A stretch of DNA of 32,000 bases from contig NZ_CP092368.1 of the NCBI RefSeq assembly GCF_025021925.1, positions 360,001 to 392,000 of the forward strand, given 5' to 3'. Of this stretch, positions 1-10,904 are shown in pieces. A program made the position numbers and the translations under genes. This DNA is from Candidatus Saccharimonadota bacterium. GTDB taxonomy: Bacteria > Pseudomonadota > Alphaproteobacteria > Rickettsiales > Anaplasmataceae. The notes under the pieces are model-generated. The model was not told the DNA's origin and ran no database searches. It saw only the letters and a program-made list of their open reading frames with translations. How positions within the stretch are numbered: position 1 is the stretch's first letter; every line of letters starts with the position of its first letter.

Positions 1-867
1 TCACTAGAAGATGATCTGATGAGAATATTTGGATCAGATAAAATGAGAAATTTTTTAAGGAAAGTAGGATTAAAGAATAATGAAGCAATTCATCATCCAT
101 GGATTAATAAAGCTCTTGAAAAAGCACAAAAAAAAGTTGAAGCAAGACATTATGAAATTAGAAAATCTCTGTTAAAGTTTGACTATGTTATTAACAGTCA
201 ACGTAAAGTAATTTTTGAACAAAGAAATCATATTATAGGTAATAGAGTTACTGATCTATATGAACTCTCTCAAGAAGTCAATAAAGCTACTATAGAAAAT
301 ATAATAAAAAAAGGATATTACGAAGATTATATTGATAAAATAGCACAAGAATATGAGATAAGATATGGGATACAACTTGAAAAAACAGAATTATCACAGT
401 GTTGTAATACAGAAGAGGCATTAGAGTATATTAATAAAAAGATACGTAATATTTTTACTTGTAAAGAAGAATATTGTAACAATCAAGAAAGTACAGATAT
501 GTGGCATACTATAGTTAAACAAGTAATGATTACTACACTAGATCACTTATGGAGAATACATCTTTCAACTTTAGAAAGTTTAAGACAGAGTATGAATTTG
601 CGTGCAATGGGTCAAAAAGATCCAATAAATGAATTTAAACGTGAGTCTTTTTTAATATTTGAATCTATGCTTGAAAAATGGAAAATATTGACAATTTCAC
701 ATCTAGTGCACTGTACATTTACACATTATAAACAAGGAAGCATTGCGCAAGAAAATTCTACAATTGAGATTATTATGCCAAAAGTATCTAGAAATGCTAA
801 ATGTCCATGTCATTCAGGTAAAAAGTTCAAACACTGTCATGGTAAGTTTAGTATCTCATACTCATAA
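1..867 (+). CDS. secA: Preprotein translocase ATPase SecA, C-terminal part (5' end lies upstream of the window)
   Basis: Frame 1 is open from base 1 (SLEDDLMRIFGSDKMRNFLRKVGL...), matching the SecA C-terminal scaffold region. It ends with the SecA zinc-finger tail CPCHSGKKFKHCHG followed by a stop at 865-867. Confidence 0.95.
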   Translation, partial: SLEDDLMRIFGSDKMRNFLRKVGLKNNEAIHHPWINKALEKAQKKVEARHYEIRKSLLKFDYVINSQRKVIFEQRNHIIGNRVTDLYELSQEVNKATIENIIKKGYYEDYIDKIAQEYEIRYGIQLEKTELSQCCNTEEALEYINKKIRNIFTCKEEYCNNQESTDMWHTIVKQVMITTLDHLWRIHLSTLESLRQSMNLRAMGQKDPINEFKRESFLIFESMLEKWKILTISHLVHCTFTHYKQGSIAQENSTIEIIMPKVSRNAKCPCHSGKKFKHCHGKFSISYS

Positions 868-1018
868 TAATATTAGTAATATGACATAAGGCAGATGAAG
901 TCAACCCGATTCAGACTTCGAATATATTTTCGTTAATACTTTGATCATTATACATATGAGTATTAATTGATGCGATATACACTATATTATAATATGTGTA
1001 TATATAATACTATTGATT

Positions 1019-2344
1019 ATGATATTTGTATATTCGGCATCTTGCATGCTCTCGTTCTTGTTATTTGTTTATATAATAGTACAAAAATTAAGAGACAAAG
1101 ATGCAGAATCGAAGACATATTTGTATCAGTTAGAGCAACAATTAGCAATTATACAACATAGTATAACAATTAAAAATAAAGAAATTACTGATTTAACAAT
1201 ACAAAAAGTACAACTTGATATTACATTACACACAGAACGTGAAGCACATAAAAAAGAAATCGAATTTCTCATTCAATCAGAAGAAAGAATTATTAATACC
1301 TTTAAACACCTCTCTATAGATGCATTACAGAAGAATAGTAATCATTTTATGAATTTAGCAAAAGATGTACTTGATAGTAAGATAAAAGAAACACACAGTG
1401 ATTTTACAATCCGAGAAGAAAAAATGCATGAAGTTGTCAGACCAATACAAGAAAGATTAGAAAAATTTGATAATGAAATACGTAGTCTTGAAAAAGAAAG
1501 GGCAGGAGCATATGCTGGAATGAGAGAACAGATTCTCTTACTCATTAATCAAACTACAAACCTTGCACATGCCTTAAGCAAACCGCATATTAGAGGAAAA
1601 TGGGGTGAAATGCAATTAAAAAGAGTAGTAGAAATGGCTGGAATGATAGAACATTGTGATTTTTTAACTCAACCAACAATACGAGATAAACATGAAGACA
1701 CTATATTACGACCTGATGTAGTCATTAAAATGCCATCTGGTAAGCAGATCATCATAGATGCGAAAGTGCCACTTGATTCTTATCTTGATGCTCTTGCTCA
1801 AAAGGATGTACAACTGCAAAAGATAAAACTCAAGCATCATGCACTTACTATCAAAAAACATATACAATCTCTTGCAAAAAAAGAGTATTGGAATCAATTT
1901 GATAATACACCAGAGCTTGTCATTCTCTTTCTTACAGGAGAAGGAGTATTTAGTGCAGCGCTAGAATATGAGCCATCTTTAATAGAGATTGGCATCGAAA
2001 ACAAAGTTATGATTGCCACGCCTATTACTTTAATTGCGTTGCTAAGAGCAGTAGCTTATGGATGGAAACAAGAAATGATCTCTGAAAATGCAAAACAAAT
2101 CAGTGAATTAGGGCATATTATATATGAAAGAATGTGCACAATGAGCACACATTTTGATAATTTACGTAAAAGTTTAAAAAATGCTGTTGAACATTATAAT
2201 CACACTGCTCATTCACTTGAGTCAAGAATCTTTCCATCTGTACGTACATTTACTAAACTGGGTATACATACACATAGTAAACATGTAATTCCTGCTAAGA
2301 TAGTAGAATCTTCTCCATATGTTTTACATGTAAAAGAGCTATAA
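1019..2344 (+). CDS. rmuC: DNA recombination protein RmuC
   Basis: N-terminal TM helix, then a long coiled-coil region, then the RmuC nuclease-like core (LRPDVVIKMPSGKQIIIDAKVPLDSY, LVILFLTGE, IATPITLIALLRAV). The track ORF opens on TTG at 1013; the first ATG is at 1019. Confidence 0.88.
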   Translation: MIFVYSASCMLSFLLFVYIIVQKLRDKDAESKTYLYQLEQQLAIIQHSITIKNKEITDLTIQKVQLDITLHTEREAHKKEIEFLIQSEERIINTFKHLSIDALQKNSNHFMNLAKDVLDSKIKETHSDFTIREEKMHEVVRPIQERLEKFDNEIRSLEKERAGAYAGMREQILLLINQTTNLAHALSKPHIRGKWGEMQLKRVVEMAGMIEHCDFLTQPTIRDKHEDTILRPDVVIKMPSGKQIIIDAKVPLDSYLDALAQKDVQLQKIKLKHHALTIKKHIQSLAKKEYWNQFDNTPELVILFLTGEGVFSAALEYEPSLIEIGIENKVMIATPITLIALLRAVAYGWKQEMISENAKQISELGHIIYERMCTMSTHFDNLRKSLKNAVEHYNHTAHSLESRIFPSVRTFTKLGIHTHSKHVIPAKIVESSPYVLHVKEL

Positions 2345-2410
2345 TAGATTAAGTAATATAAATATATACTGTAATAGTATTTAGTCATCTAGTTGTATAT
2401 CTTGAATATA

Positions 2411-3121
2411 TTATTGGTTCGTTACAAGAAGTGATTGTCGTATGAATTCCAGTTTCCTAATAGGATCAGCACTTTGCGTAATAAGTCTCCCAATCACAAT
2501 ATAATCTGCACCTAAATTTATTGCACATTCTGGCGTTGAGATTCTTTTTTGATCATCTGCAAGAGTCTCTATACGTATTCCTGGCACAATCACTATAAAA
2601 TCCCTGCCACATACTTTGTGTACTGCTTGTGCTTCGCATGCTGAACATACTATACCATACAAACCAATCTTTTTTGCAAATTTTGCAAGTAAGACTACTT
2701 GTGATTGTACTTCTCTTAATACTCCACATTCATTTAAATCATTATTATCGATACTAGTCAGAACGGTCACTCCTATCAATTTGATATTTGTACCATCAGC
2801 TGCATGTAATGCCTCTTGAAGCATTTTCGCTCCTCCCATAACATGTAATGTGACCATTGCAATATTAAGATGTGATATTACTTCGATAACACGTGATACA
2901 GTACTGGGAATATCATGAAGCTTTAAGTCTAAAAAAATAGGTATATTACATTTTGCAATTTCTCTCACTCCAGATAGACCATGAGCAGTAAAGAATTCCA
3001 ATCCCAATTTAATCATACTAACTCTATTATATAGAGAGTGAGCAAATGCTATAGTCTTCTTTAAATTATGTGTATCTAATGCGCATATGATAGGTATCAT
3101 AATATTAATTCTCTTAATCAT
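2411..3121 (-). CDS. pyrF: Orotidine 5'-phosphate decarboxylase
   Basis: PyrF motifs are present: IICALD near the N-terminus, the catalytic FLDLKLHDIPSTV (DxKxxDIP), VTLHVMGG, and PGIR...QKR..TP. The track start at 3157 is TTG. ATG candidates are at 3121 (chosen) and 3100, so the start is uncertain by about 7 codons. Confidence 0.9.
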   Translation of the reverse strand: MIKRINIMIPIICALDTHNLKKTIAFAHSLYNRVSMIKLGLEFFTAHGLSGVREIAKCNIPIFLDLKLHDIPSTVSRVIEVISHLNIAMVTLHVMGGAKMLQEALHAADGTNIKLIGVTVLTSIDNNDLNECGVLREVQSQVVLLAKFAKKIGLYGIVCSACEAQAVHKVCGRDFIVIVPGIRIETLADDQKRISTPECAINLGADYIVIGRLITQSADPIRKLEFIRQSLLVTNQ

Positions 3122-3262
3122 GATTTCTATAATAAAGTGAATGACAATGTTGTGCAAATTTTTTGATGAGTTTACATGTGTCTAGAGAACACAATTAGCT
3201 CTTTTTTTTGTATCTTAATTCTTAAATTGCTTGATCTAGTGAGAATTGATATTAAATTAGCA

Positions 3263-5728
3263 TTATTCTTCTATACTAATCATAAATTTACCATTTTCAG
3301 TAGTATATCCTTTTTGCATCACATTACTCCATACTACTCTCTTGATATGACATACATTACATAAATCTCTCTGAATAGAGTAATCGAATTTCTCTTCTTG
3401 TGTGTTTACTTTGATGATTACAGTATTAATCATATGTTGCATTGAGAAATTATGAGATGTCTTAATCTTTCTAATAATATTGAGTATGCTTATAACATTT
3501 TCTCCCATGTTATAAGCATATTTATAACATTTTCTATCTTCTTGTCTTGGCCAATTATTATGTATATGGATAGATTCATTGCTATATAATCGGTGATAGA
3601 TTTCATCTGTAATATATGGTATAAAAGGCGCAAATAATCTCAAAAGAATATTGAGTACATATATTAAACTATATCTTGCACTTATTCTACCGTGATATAT
3701 CACGATCTCAGAATATGCACGCTTTTTTACTAATTCGAGATAATTATTACAGAAATCCTTCCAAAAAAATGTTTCTATTGCAGTAAGAGCATCAGCATAT
3801 TCAAATGATTCTAGCGATATTGTAGCTCTATCTCTCACTTGAGATAATTTATATAATATCCAATGATCTAGTGTTTCAGTGATATCATGATTAGTATATA
3901 TATTATTATTTTTTTCTATGAATTGAGCGATAAACTTACTAGCATTCCAAAGTTTTGTAATCAGACGCTTCCCTATCTTTAATACATTTTCAGAATATAC
4001 TGAATCTGTTCCAAGTTTTGAGTTGGCAGCCCAATATCGTATTACATCTGCGCCATAATTATTAAGTATCATGTGAGGTGTAATAATATTACCTTTTGAT
4101 TTACTCATCTTTTTTTTATCATAAGATAAACACCATCCACTAATCATAATGTTTTTCCATGGTAATACATTTGCATGATAATGTGATTTCAAAATGGTAT
4201 AAAAGGCCCAGGTTCTGATGATTTCATGACTCTGACTACGTAGATCCGTAGGAAAGATAATATCATATCGATGATTAGGTAAGCTCAACTCATTATTTAG
4301 TGCCATGGCATTTAACTGAGGTGTAATAGCACTTGTAGCCCAAGTATCCATTATATCTTGTTCTGGTATTACCTCTTCTCTACTGTAACCTTCTGGTAGA
4401 TCTATTAACGGATTCACAGGTAATCGATTTAATGTAGATAAGATAATCTTACCTTGTTCTCCTTGTCTTTTCGAATACCATACTGGAAATGGTACACCAA
4501 AATATCGTTGTCTTGAGATACACCAATCCCAATTTAGACCCTCTATCCATCTCTCCATATGCTTACGCATATTATTAGGATACCAATTACATGATTGTAC
4601 TTTATCTAAGATTTGTGTTTTTTGATTTAATGTTTTTATAAACCATTGCTTAGTAGGTAATATCTCCAATGGAGCACCAGATCTGTCGGAACATTTAACA
4701 GAATGATGAACATGAGTGCTTGAAATTAACAAGCCTTTCTCAGTAAGTATTTCTACTATTTTATTTCTTGCATCTATAATGTTTAGACCTTCTATTTGAT
4801 ATAATTGATCGTCATATAATGACGACGCGATAAGTCTAATGATCCCATTCTGATCTATAATAATTTTTATAGGCAAATTATACTTATGATACCAATATAT
4901 ATCTAGTTCATCACCAAATGTAGAACACATGACTAAACCTGTACCTTTTGTTATTTTGACTTTATCATCGGCAATAACTTGTACTCTTGCAGACTTTATC
5001 ATAGGAACAAGCACTTCTTTGCCTATTAGATGTGTATATCGTTGATCATTTGGATGACAAAGCACTGCAACGCATGATGGTAATAGTTCAGGTCTAGTAG
5101 TTGCAATATGAATTTGCTCATTTTCCTCAGTGAAAAAACTGATTGTATATAAATATGCATCAAAAGGTTTTTCTTCTATTTCTGCTTGCGCAATTGCTGT
5201 TTTATCAACTATATCCCATAAGACAGGTTGTAACTTTTTATATGCATATCCTTTGTTATATAAATCAATAAATGACATTTGAGATAATATAATAGATTCT
5301 TGACTGCTTGTATGATATTCGAGATCCCAATCATAACTAATACCTACAGCTTTAAATAATTGCTTAAATTCTAATATTGATTTTTCAATCACTTGATGAC
5401 ACATTTTTATAAACTCACTTCTAATGACGTCTTTAGCTTTTATTTTATATGTCTGTTCAACTAATCTTTCAGTAGGAAGACCATTATCGTCAAATCCTAT
5501 TGGATAAAAAACATCTTTTCCAAGCATACGTTGAAATCTTGCAATAAAATCTGTATGACAATAACTAAATATATGTCCTATATGTAATTGTCCTGATATT
5601 GTTGGAGGAGGGGTGTCAATAATAAAAGAATTATTCTTCTGACCAAGCCATTTATAGATATTTTCTTGTGCCCATAATGTGTTATAATGATGTTCAATGT
5701 TTTGAAATCTATATTCTTCTTCTAACAT
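3263..5728 (-). CDS. valS: Valyl-tRNA synthetase (short, archaeal-like type)
   Basis: Class I aaRS with HIGH (TPPPTISGQLHIGHIFSY) and KMSKS (KKMSKSKGN) motifs. The GFDDNGLPTE signature and the 821 aa length, with no long C-terminal coiled coil, fit the Rickettsiales archaeal-type ValRS. ATG at 5728. Confidence 0.9.
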   Translation of the reverse strand: MLEEEYRFQNIEHHYNTLWAQENIYKWLGQKNNSFIIDTPPPTISGQLHIGHIFSYCHTDFIARFQRMLGKDVFYPIGFDDNGLPTERLVEQTYKIKAKDVIRSEFIKMCHQVIEKSILEFKQLFKAVGISYDWDLEYHTSSQESIILSQMSFIDLYNKGYAYKKLQPVLWDIVDKTAIAQAEIEEKPFDAYLYTISFFTEENEQIHIATTRPELLPSCVAVLCHPNDQRYTHLIGKEVLVPMIKSARVQVIADDKVKITKGTGLVMCSTFGDELDIYWYHKYNLPIKIIIDQNGIIRLIASSLYDDQLYQIEGLNIIDARNKIVEILTEKGLLISSTHVHHSVKCSDRSGAPLEILPTKQWFIKTLNQKTQILDKVQSCNWYPNNMRKHMERWIEGLNWDWCISRQRYFGVPFPVWYSKRQGEQGKIILSTLNRLPVNPLIDLPEGYSREEVIPEQDIMDTWATSAITPQLNAMALNNELSLPNHRYDIIFPTDLRSQSHEIIRTWAFYTILKSHYHANVLPWKNIMISGWCLSYDKKKMSKSKGNIITPHMILNNYGADVIRYWAANSKLGTDSVYSENVLKIGKRLITKLWNASKFIAQFIEKNNNIYTNHDITETLDHWILYKLSQVRDRATISLESFEYADALTAIETFFWKDFCNNYLELVKKRAYSEIVIYHGRISARYSLIYVLNILLRLFAPFIPYITDEIYHRLYSNESIHIHNNWPRQEDRKCYKYAYNMGENVISILNIIRKIKTSHNFSMQHMINTVIIKVNTQEEKFDYSIQRDLCNVCHIKRVVWSNVMQKGYTTENGKFMISIEE

Positions 5729-5870
5729 GCATATTTGATATAATGATCATCTGTGAGATATTATATATGATATTATATCAATAAATGAATTAATACATTT
5801 TTTATTCTTTTTTTTCTACAATTCAGTGTACATGACAGAATTCAACATTTTTATATATTATACTCTCTCA

Positions 5871-5900
5871 TTGACAATGTTGTGTGTCTTGCCTTATCAT
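5871..5900 (+). promoter_or_regulatory. Candidate sigma-70 promoter for ctaA (TTGACA-N18-TATCAT)
   Basis: Exact -35 consensus TTGACA at 5871-5876, an 18-nt spacer, and TATCAT (5/6 match to TATAAT) at 5895-5900, about 50 nt upstream of the ctaA ATG. AT-rich DNA yields many such matches by chance. Confidence 0.3.
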
Positions 5901-5950
5901 ACTTGATACTTTATAATTATTTTTGATATATAACACACACACTATAAGTC

Positions 5951-7090
5951 ATGGAATCAAAAGTGTTAATGATATGGCTCTTTCTCTCTTCAGTGATGAT
6001 ACTACTGGTAGTTGGGATTGGAGGATATACCAGATTAACAAGAGCAGGATTATCAATCACAGAGTGGAAGCCAATTACTGGAATAATTCCACCACTCAAT
6101 CAGAGTGATTGGGTACAAGAAAGAACAAAATATGAAGCAACACCAGAGTATCAAAGATTTAATTATGATATTAGTATGTCAGAGTTTCGTACACTCTATC
6201 TCATAGAATATTTACATAGACTAATTGCTAGGATAGCAGGTTTATTCTTTATAGTACCATTTATCTATTTTTTACTTACAAGACGAATAATCAGACAGCA
6301 AGCAATAATATTATTAATAGTGTTATTGCTGGGAATATTACAAGCATTTGCAGGTTGGTATATGGTAAAAAGTGGATTAGATAGTATTCCATATGTGAGC
6401 CAGAATAGGCTTGCAGTACATTTATTATTAGCATTAAGTATTTTTACCTTATTATTATATCAATGCTTTAATTTACATATTAATATTATACAACAGAATA
6501 CTAAAATGATTTCTCAAGATATACAACAGGTTTACTATACCCATTATAGTAAACCTGTTTGCAAGGTATCTAATACTATTAAATGTTATTTGTATATGTT
6601 ATTAAAACCTCTACTAATAGTATTCAATCATTCTCAAGTAATACAATCTAGATATCGTAATATCTGTCGTATAACATTCATTATGATGATTATTTTGATA
6701 CAGATACTATTTGGATCTCTTGTATCAGGATTACATGCTGGTTTTTTGTATAATACTTTTCCATTGATGGATGGTTATATTATTCCAGAAGATATTTTAG
6801 TATTACATCCTATATGGAAAAATTTTTTTGAAAATAAGATTACAGTACAATTTATTCATCGGATACTAGCGTTATTTATCATTTTTCTGATCATAGAATT
6901 GACTATAAAAAATATGCATAATAAAGCAGTATATATGATACTGTTTTTTGCAATTATTCAGATTATTTTAGGAATATCTACTTTACTATTACAGATACCA
7001 ATAACACTTGCTGTAGCACATCAGATATTTTCTTTTCTTTTATTTGCCTCATGTATATATTTTTTATGCTTATTAATTAAGCAAAAATAA
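5951..7090 (+). CDS. ctaA: Heme A synthase (CtaA/COX15 type)
   Basis: Eight predicted TM segments. COX15 N-terminal signature [25 protein letters not shown]. All four conserved His-containing motifs are present ([29 protein letters not shown]). NTFPLMDG motif. Confidence 0.9.
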   Translation: MESKVLMIWLFLSSVMILLVVGIGGYTRLTRAGLSITEWKPITGIIPPLNQSDWVQERTKYEATPEYQRFNYDISMSEFRTLYLIEYLHRLIARIAGLFFIVPFIYFLLTRRIIRQQAIILLIVLLLGILQAFAGWYMVKSGLDSIPYVSQNRLAVHLLLALSIFTLLLYQCFNLHINIIQQNTKMISQDIQQVYYTHYSKPVCKVSNTIKCYLYMLLKPLLIVFNHSQVIQSRYRNICRITFIMMIILIQILFGSLVSGLHAGFLYNTFPLMDGYIIPEDILVLHPIWKNFFENKITVQFIHRILALFIIFLIIELTIKNMHNKAVYMILFFAIIQIILGISTLLLQIPITLAVAHQIFSFLLFASCIYFLCLLIKQK

Positions 7091-7094
7091 AGAA

Positions 7095-9164
7095 TCATTG
7101 ATATTTAGCAAGCGATAATACAATATCTCCCACTCTTAGCGTTTCTCCTACTTGTATAGAAATGTTTTGTACAATCAATGCTGATTCAGCACATACGATA
7201 TTTTCCATTTTCATAGCTTCTACTACAAATAAAGGTTGACCGATTTCTACATGATCTCCTATATTTACATATAATTTAACTAACAATCCAGATATTGGAG
7301 ATATGACAATATCATTTGATGTCTCTTCAACTGTTTTTTTTAACATTATATTATTTAATATCGCTATATGAGGTTTTAAGACATCACATTCAGCATGCAT
7401 TCCTGCATATCTTATGAAGAATTTACAATCTTGCCTGTCCACTTTTAATGATAGATGCAGCTCTTCATTAATCGTCATATGTATGAGTCTATAATTTGTA
7501 GTCCATGTTCCACTGATATAATATATATTATGATTATACATTACTATCAGTATCTGATCTTGATATATTGCATTTATATTATATGAATTATCATTGATTT
7601 TTACTATAAAAGTATTTGATATTAACATCTCTTTTAGAGTCTCAGTTGCAGAAATAATTTTTTTACATTCTATTTTTGAATCTTGTACCTCTCCTGAAGA
7701 GTTATAATAATAATGTTGTACTTCATTTTTTATGTGCACATACAATGCAGTAAAAATAAATATTTTGATATATTCTTCTGTTAAATAATCTCCATGAAAT
7801 CCACTAGGATAATAATCTACAATGAATCTAGTATTAATATTTGATGCAATAAAATGTGGATGACGAAAAATTGATTCAAGAAATTCTATATTACTCATAA
7901 TACCCTCTATATAGAATTCGGATAATGCTTTTTGCATTTTACTAATTGCATCTATTCTATTGATTCCATATGTTATCACTTTTGCAATCATTGAATCATA
8001 AAATGTACCAATTTCTGAACCTGCAAGTATTCCATCATCTATTCTTACATTATTAAGGTGATTAGGTGTCTGATAATATTGTATTCTTCCACTAGAAGGC
8101 AAAAAATTCTTAGAAGGATTTTCAGCACAAATTCTACTTTCAATTGCATGACCAGTTGTCTTAATATCTTTTTGATTAAATCCTAAATGTGAGCCACGAG
8201 AAATTTTAATCATTTCTTCTACTATATCTATACCAGTAACAAATTCTGTGACTGGATGCTCAACTTGCAATCTTGTATTTATCTCAAGAAAATAAAAGTT
8301 TTGTTGTGAATCTACAATAAATTCAATAGTACCTACAGAAAAATAACCAACATGTTTTGCTAATGCAATACATTGCATATACATTTCTTGTCTGACATGT
8401 TCACTCAGAAATGAACTTGGAGCTTCTTCTATGATTTTTTGATTCTTTCTTTGTACTGAACACTCTCTATCTCCAAGACAGACTATATTACCATATTTAT
8501 CTGCTATAATTTGAATTTCGATATGTCTTGATAATGTAATATATTGTTCTATAAAGATATTACCATCTTTAAAACCTTTTTTTGCTTCATTTATTGTTAA
8601 TTCCAATGATGATTCAATATCTTTTTTAGAATTAACTATTCGCATGCCTTTGCCTCCTCCACCTGACATGGCTTTTAATATAACAGGAAAGCCAATTTCT
8701 TCCGCCACTTGTATTGCATGTTGCGTATCTTGAATGGTACCAATATATCCAGGTACTATATTTAATCCAGCAGCTTTTGCGGATTCTTTTGCTGTAATTT
8801 TATTAGCTGTTACTTCTATTATTTCTGCACTTGGACCTATAAAATCTATATTATTCTTTTGAAGAATACGTGGTAAATTAGGGTTTTCTGATAAAAAACC
8901 ATAACCTGGATGCACTGCTTGTACACCAGTTTCAAGTGCTATCTCAAATATTTTATCAATATTTAAATAACTTAAATAGGCAGGTGAAGATCCAATATAT
9001 CTCGCTTCATCTGCTCGTCTAACATGCAAAGAATGAATATCTGCATCTGAATAAACACATACACAAGAAATTCCCATTTTATGAGCAGTTTTAATGATTC
9101 TACAGGCCACTTCTCCTCGATTGGCTATTAAAATCTTATCATATTTTTTTTCTTGTATATTCAT
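7095..9164 (-). CDS. pccA: Biotin-dependent acyl-CoA carboxylase alpha subunit (propionyl-CoA carboxylase alpha-like: biotin carboxylase + BCCP domains)
   Basis: Biotin carboxylase N-terminus KILIANRGEVACRII, ATP-grasp glycine loop SGGGGKGMRIV, EINTRLQVEHPVTE, and a C-terminal biotinyl domain with EAMKMEN. Substrate assignment (propionyl vs other acyl-CoA) is by analogy with Rickettsiales annotation. Confidence 0.85.
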   Translation of the reverse strand: MNIQEKKYDKILIANRGEVACRIIKTAHKMGISCVCVYSDADIHSLHVRRADEARYIGSSPAYLSYLNIDKIFEIALETGVQAVHPGYGFLSENPNLPRILQKNNIDFIGPSAEIIEVTANKITAKESAKAAGLNIVPGYIGTIQDTQHAIQVAEEIGFPVILKAMSGGGGKGMRIVNSKKDIESSLELTINEAKKGFKDGNIFIEQYITLSRHIEIQIIADKYGNIVCLGDRECSVQRKNQKIIEEAPSSFLSEHVRQEMYMQCIALAKHVGYFSVGTIEFIVDSQQNFYFLEINTRLQVEHPVTEFVTGIDIVEEMIKISRGSHLGFNQKDIKTTGHAIESRICAENPSKNFLPSSGRIQYYQTPNHLNNVRIDDGILAGSEIGTFYDSMIAKVITYGINRIDAISKMQKALSEFYIEGIMSNIEFLESIFRHPHFIASNINTRFIVDYYPSGFHGDYLTEEYIKIFIFTALYVHIKNEVQHYYYNSSGEVQDSKIECKKIISATETLKEMLISNTFIVKINDNSYNINAIYQDQILIVMYNHNIYYISGTWTTNYRLIHMTINEELHLSLKVDRQDCKFFIRYAGMHAECDVLKPHIAILNNIMLKKTVEETSNDIVISPISGLLVKLYVNIGDHVEIGQPLFVVEAMKMENIVCAESALIVQNISIQVGETLRVGDIVLSLAKYQ

Positions 9165-9442
9165 TATGTTCTTGAAAAGATATTATCTTATATCTTGCTC
9201 TACAAGATACTTCTAGTATTAAAAGAGAATATTCATTCTCCATATTTTAGCACGATATATTATACATCATCTATACTTAATAACGAAGTTTTTTATTACT
9301 CTGTATTATCATACTGATTTCATCTTAGACTTGTACATTAAGATTATGATATGTCTAGCAATAAATAATTTTTTAGTGATTCTACTTTATTATCAAGTAG
9401 CATTTCAGCTATGATTATAATAGTTTATATTAAAATATTGAA

Positions 9443-10819
9443 ATGCTAGATATCATTACTAGATTTGCTCCATCGCCAACAGGCAGTTTACATATTGGTG
9501 GTGCTCGTACTGCATTATTTAATTGGCTATATGCACGACATCATGGAGGGAAATTTTTTTTACGCATTGAAGATACTGATAAGGTACGTTCAACAAAAAG
9601 TGCCCTTGAGAATATTATACATGGATTATCATGGTTAGGATTGAATCATGATGGAGATATAATATATCAATCACAAAGAATAGCTAGACATATACAAGTA
9701 GCAAACCTTTTGTTAAAAATGAATAAAGCTTATTACTGTTATTGTCATGATCATGATATTATACAACAAAAAATACGAGCTAGAGCAGAACATAGAATAT
9801 ATAAGCATATATGTTCTTCTAATCCTACATCATCAATAAAGCCTGTTATAAGATTTAGAGCGTCACAATCAAATGAAATCTTGTTCAATGATCAAATATA
9901 TGGCCAAATGAAAATAGATAATTCACAAAGTGATGATATTGTAATTCTTCGTTCCGATAATACTCCTACATACATTTTTGCTGTAGTAATTGATGATTAT
10001 GACTATGGAATAACAGATATAATACGTGGTTCTGATCATTTATCTAACACCTTTAAGCAAATATTAATATATCAAGCATTAGATTTTAAGATTCCACGTT
10101 TTGCACATATACCACTTATTCATGGAGAAGAAGGTAATAAGCTCTCTAAAAGAGCTGGCTCTACTAGCATATGTGAATATAAAAAAATGGGAATCTTGCC
10201 ACATGCTATGTTTAATTATTTACTGAGATTGAGTTGGAGTCATGGTAATGATGAAATCATTTCCTCTCAACAAGCAATAACATGGTTTAATTTAGAATCT
10301 ATTGGTCGTTCACCTGCAAGATTTAATTCTAAAAAGCTAGCATATCTTAATCATTATTATATTAATAATATGTGCAATGAAGATATTCTAGCTTGGATTC
10401 TTAGTCAATATATTCTCAATGATCAAAAAAAAAAATATCTTCTACAAGGACTCACAGAACTCAAAAAAAGAGTCAATTATCTCACTGAATTACTCGAGAT
10501 AGGGAAGTTTTATATTCAAGATACACCTCTGATTCTCAGTGAAGCTGCACAGCAGATCATACATTCTCATTTTGAGATTATAGAATTAATCAGTCAATTA
10601 CTATTGGCAGTCAATTCTGAGAACTGGAATAAAAGTTTTTTATCTGTACAGATTCAAGTGCTAGCAGAGAATCATAAGATCACAATACGTGATATATATC
10701 AAATATGTCGTGCTTCTCTTACAGGTATCATAAATGCACCAGGTATTCTTGAAATCATGGTCATTCTTGGTAAAGATGAGTGTTTAAGAAGGTTATGCGC
10801 AATAGAAAATAAATTCTAA
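9443..10819 (+). CDS. gltX: Glutamyl-tRNA synthetase
   Basis: RFAPSPTGSLHIGGARTALFNWLYARHHGGKFFLRIEDTD (HIGH region) and the KLSKR (KMSKS) motif. Length is 458 aa. ATG at 9443. Confidence 0.93.
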   Translation: MLDIITRFAPSPTGSLHIGGARTALFNWLYARHHGGKFFLRIEDTDKVRSTKSALENIIHGLSWLGLNHDGDIIYQSQRIARHIQVANLLLKMNKAYYCYCHDHDIIQQKIRARAEHRIYKHICSSNPTSSIKPVIRFRASQSNEILFNDQIYGQMKIDNSQSDDIVILRSDNTPTYIFAVVIDDYDYGITDIIRGSDHLSNTFKQILIYQALDFKIPRFAHIPLIHGEEGNKLSKRAGSTSICEYKKMGILPHAMFNYLLRLSWSHGNDEIISSQQAITWFNLESIGRSPARFNSKKLAYLNHYYINNMCNEDILAWILSQYILNDQKKKYLLQGLTELKKRVNYLTELLEIGKFYIQDTPLILSEAAQQIIHSHFEIIELISQLLLAVNSENWNKSFLSVQIQVLAENHKITIRDIYQICRASLTGIINAPGILEIMVILGKDECLRRLCAIENKF

Positions 10820-10904
10820 AAAGCCCCCCTAATATTTATACTAACATATATTGAGTCCTCTCATCTTTCTTCTTGAATTGTAATGATATCATATTTAGTA
10901 TGAT

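Noticed and set aside
897-919. Hairpin GAAGTC-N11-GACTTC downstream of secA, considered as a possible intrinsic terminator
   Set aside because: It has only a 6-bp stem with an 11-nt loop, and the T-run (tttt) starts about 8 nt after the stem. That is too weak to call.
967-1161. 64-aa ORF overlapping the rmuC start region
   Set aside because: It starts on TTG, overlaps rmuC in another frame, and has low-complexity sequence with no motif.
1342-1897. Two minus-strand ORFs (67 aa and 63 aa) inside rmuC
   Set aside because: These are antisense shadow ORFs within a well-supported CDS.
2616-2819. 67-aa plus-strand ORF inside pyrF
   Set aside because: It is an antisense shadow ORF with no motif.
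3176-3364. 62-aa plus-strand ORF spanning the valS 3' end
   Set aside because: It mostly overlaps valS antisense, is hydrophobic and low-complexity, and has no support.
5757-5780. Imperfect 12-bp tandem duplication (GATATTATATAT GATATTATATCA) in the valS/ctaA divergent spacer
   Set aside because: It has only two copies of a low-complexity AT motif, which fits slippage in AT-rich DNA. There is no array structure.
5917-6108. 60-aa minus-strand and 61-aa plus-strand ORFs at the ctaA 5' end
   Set aside because: They overlap the ctaA CDS, whose own frame carries the COX15 signature.
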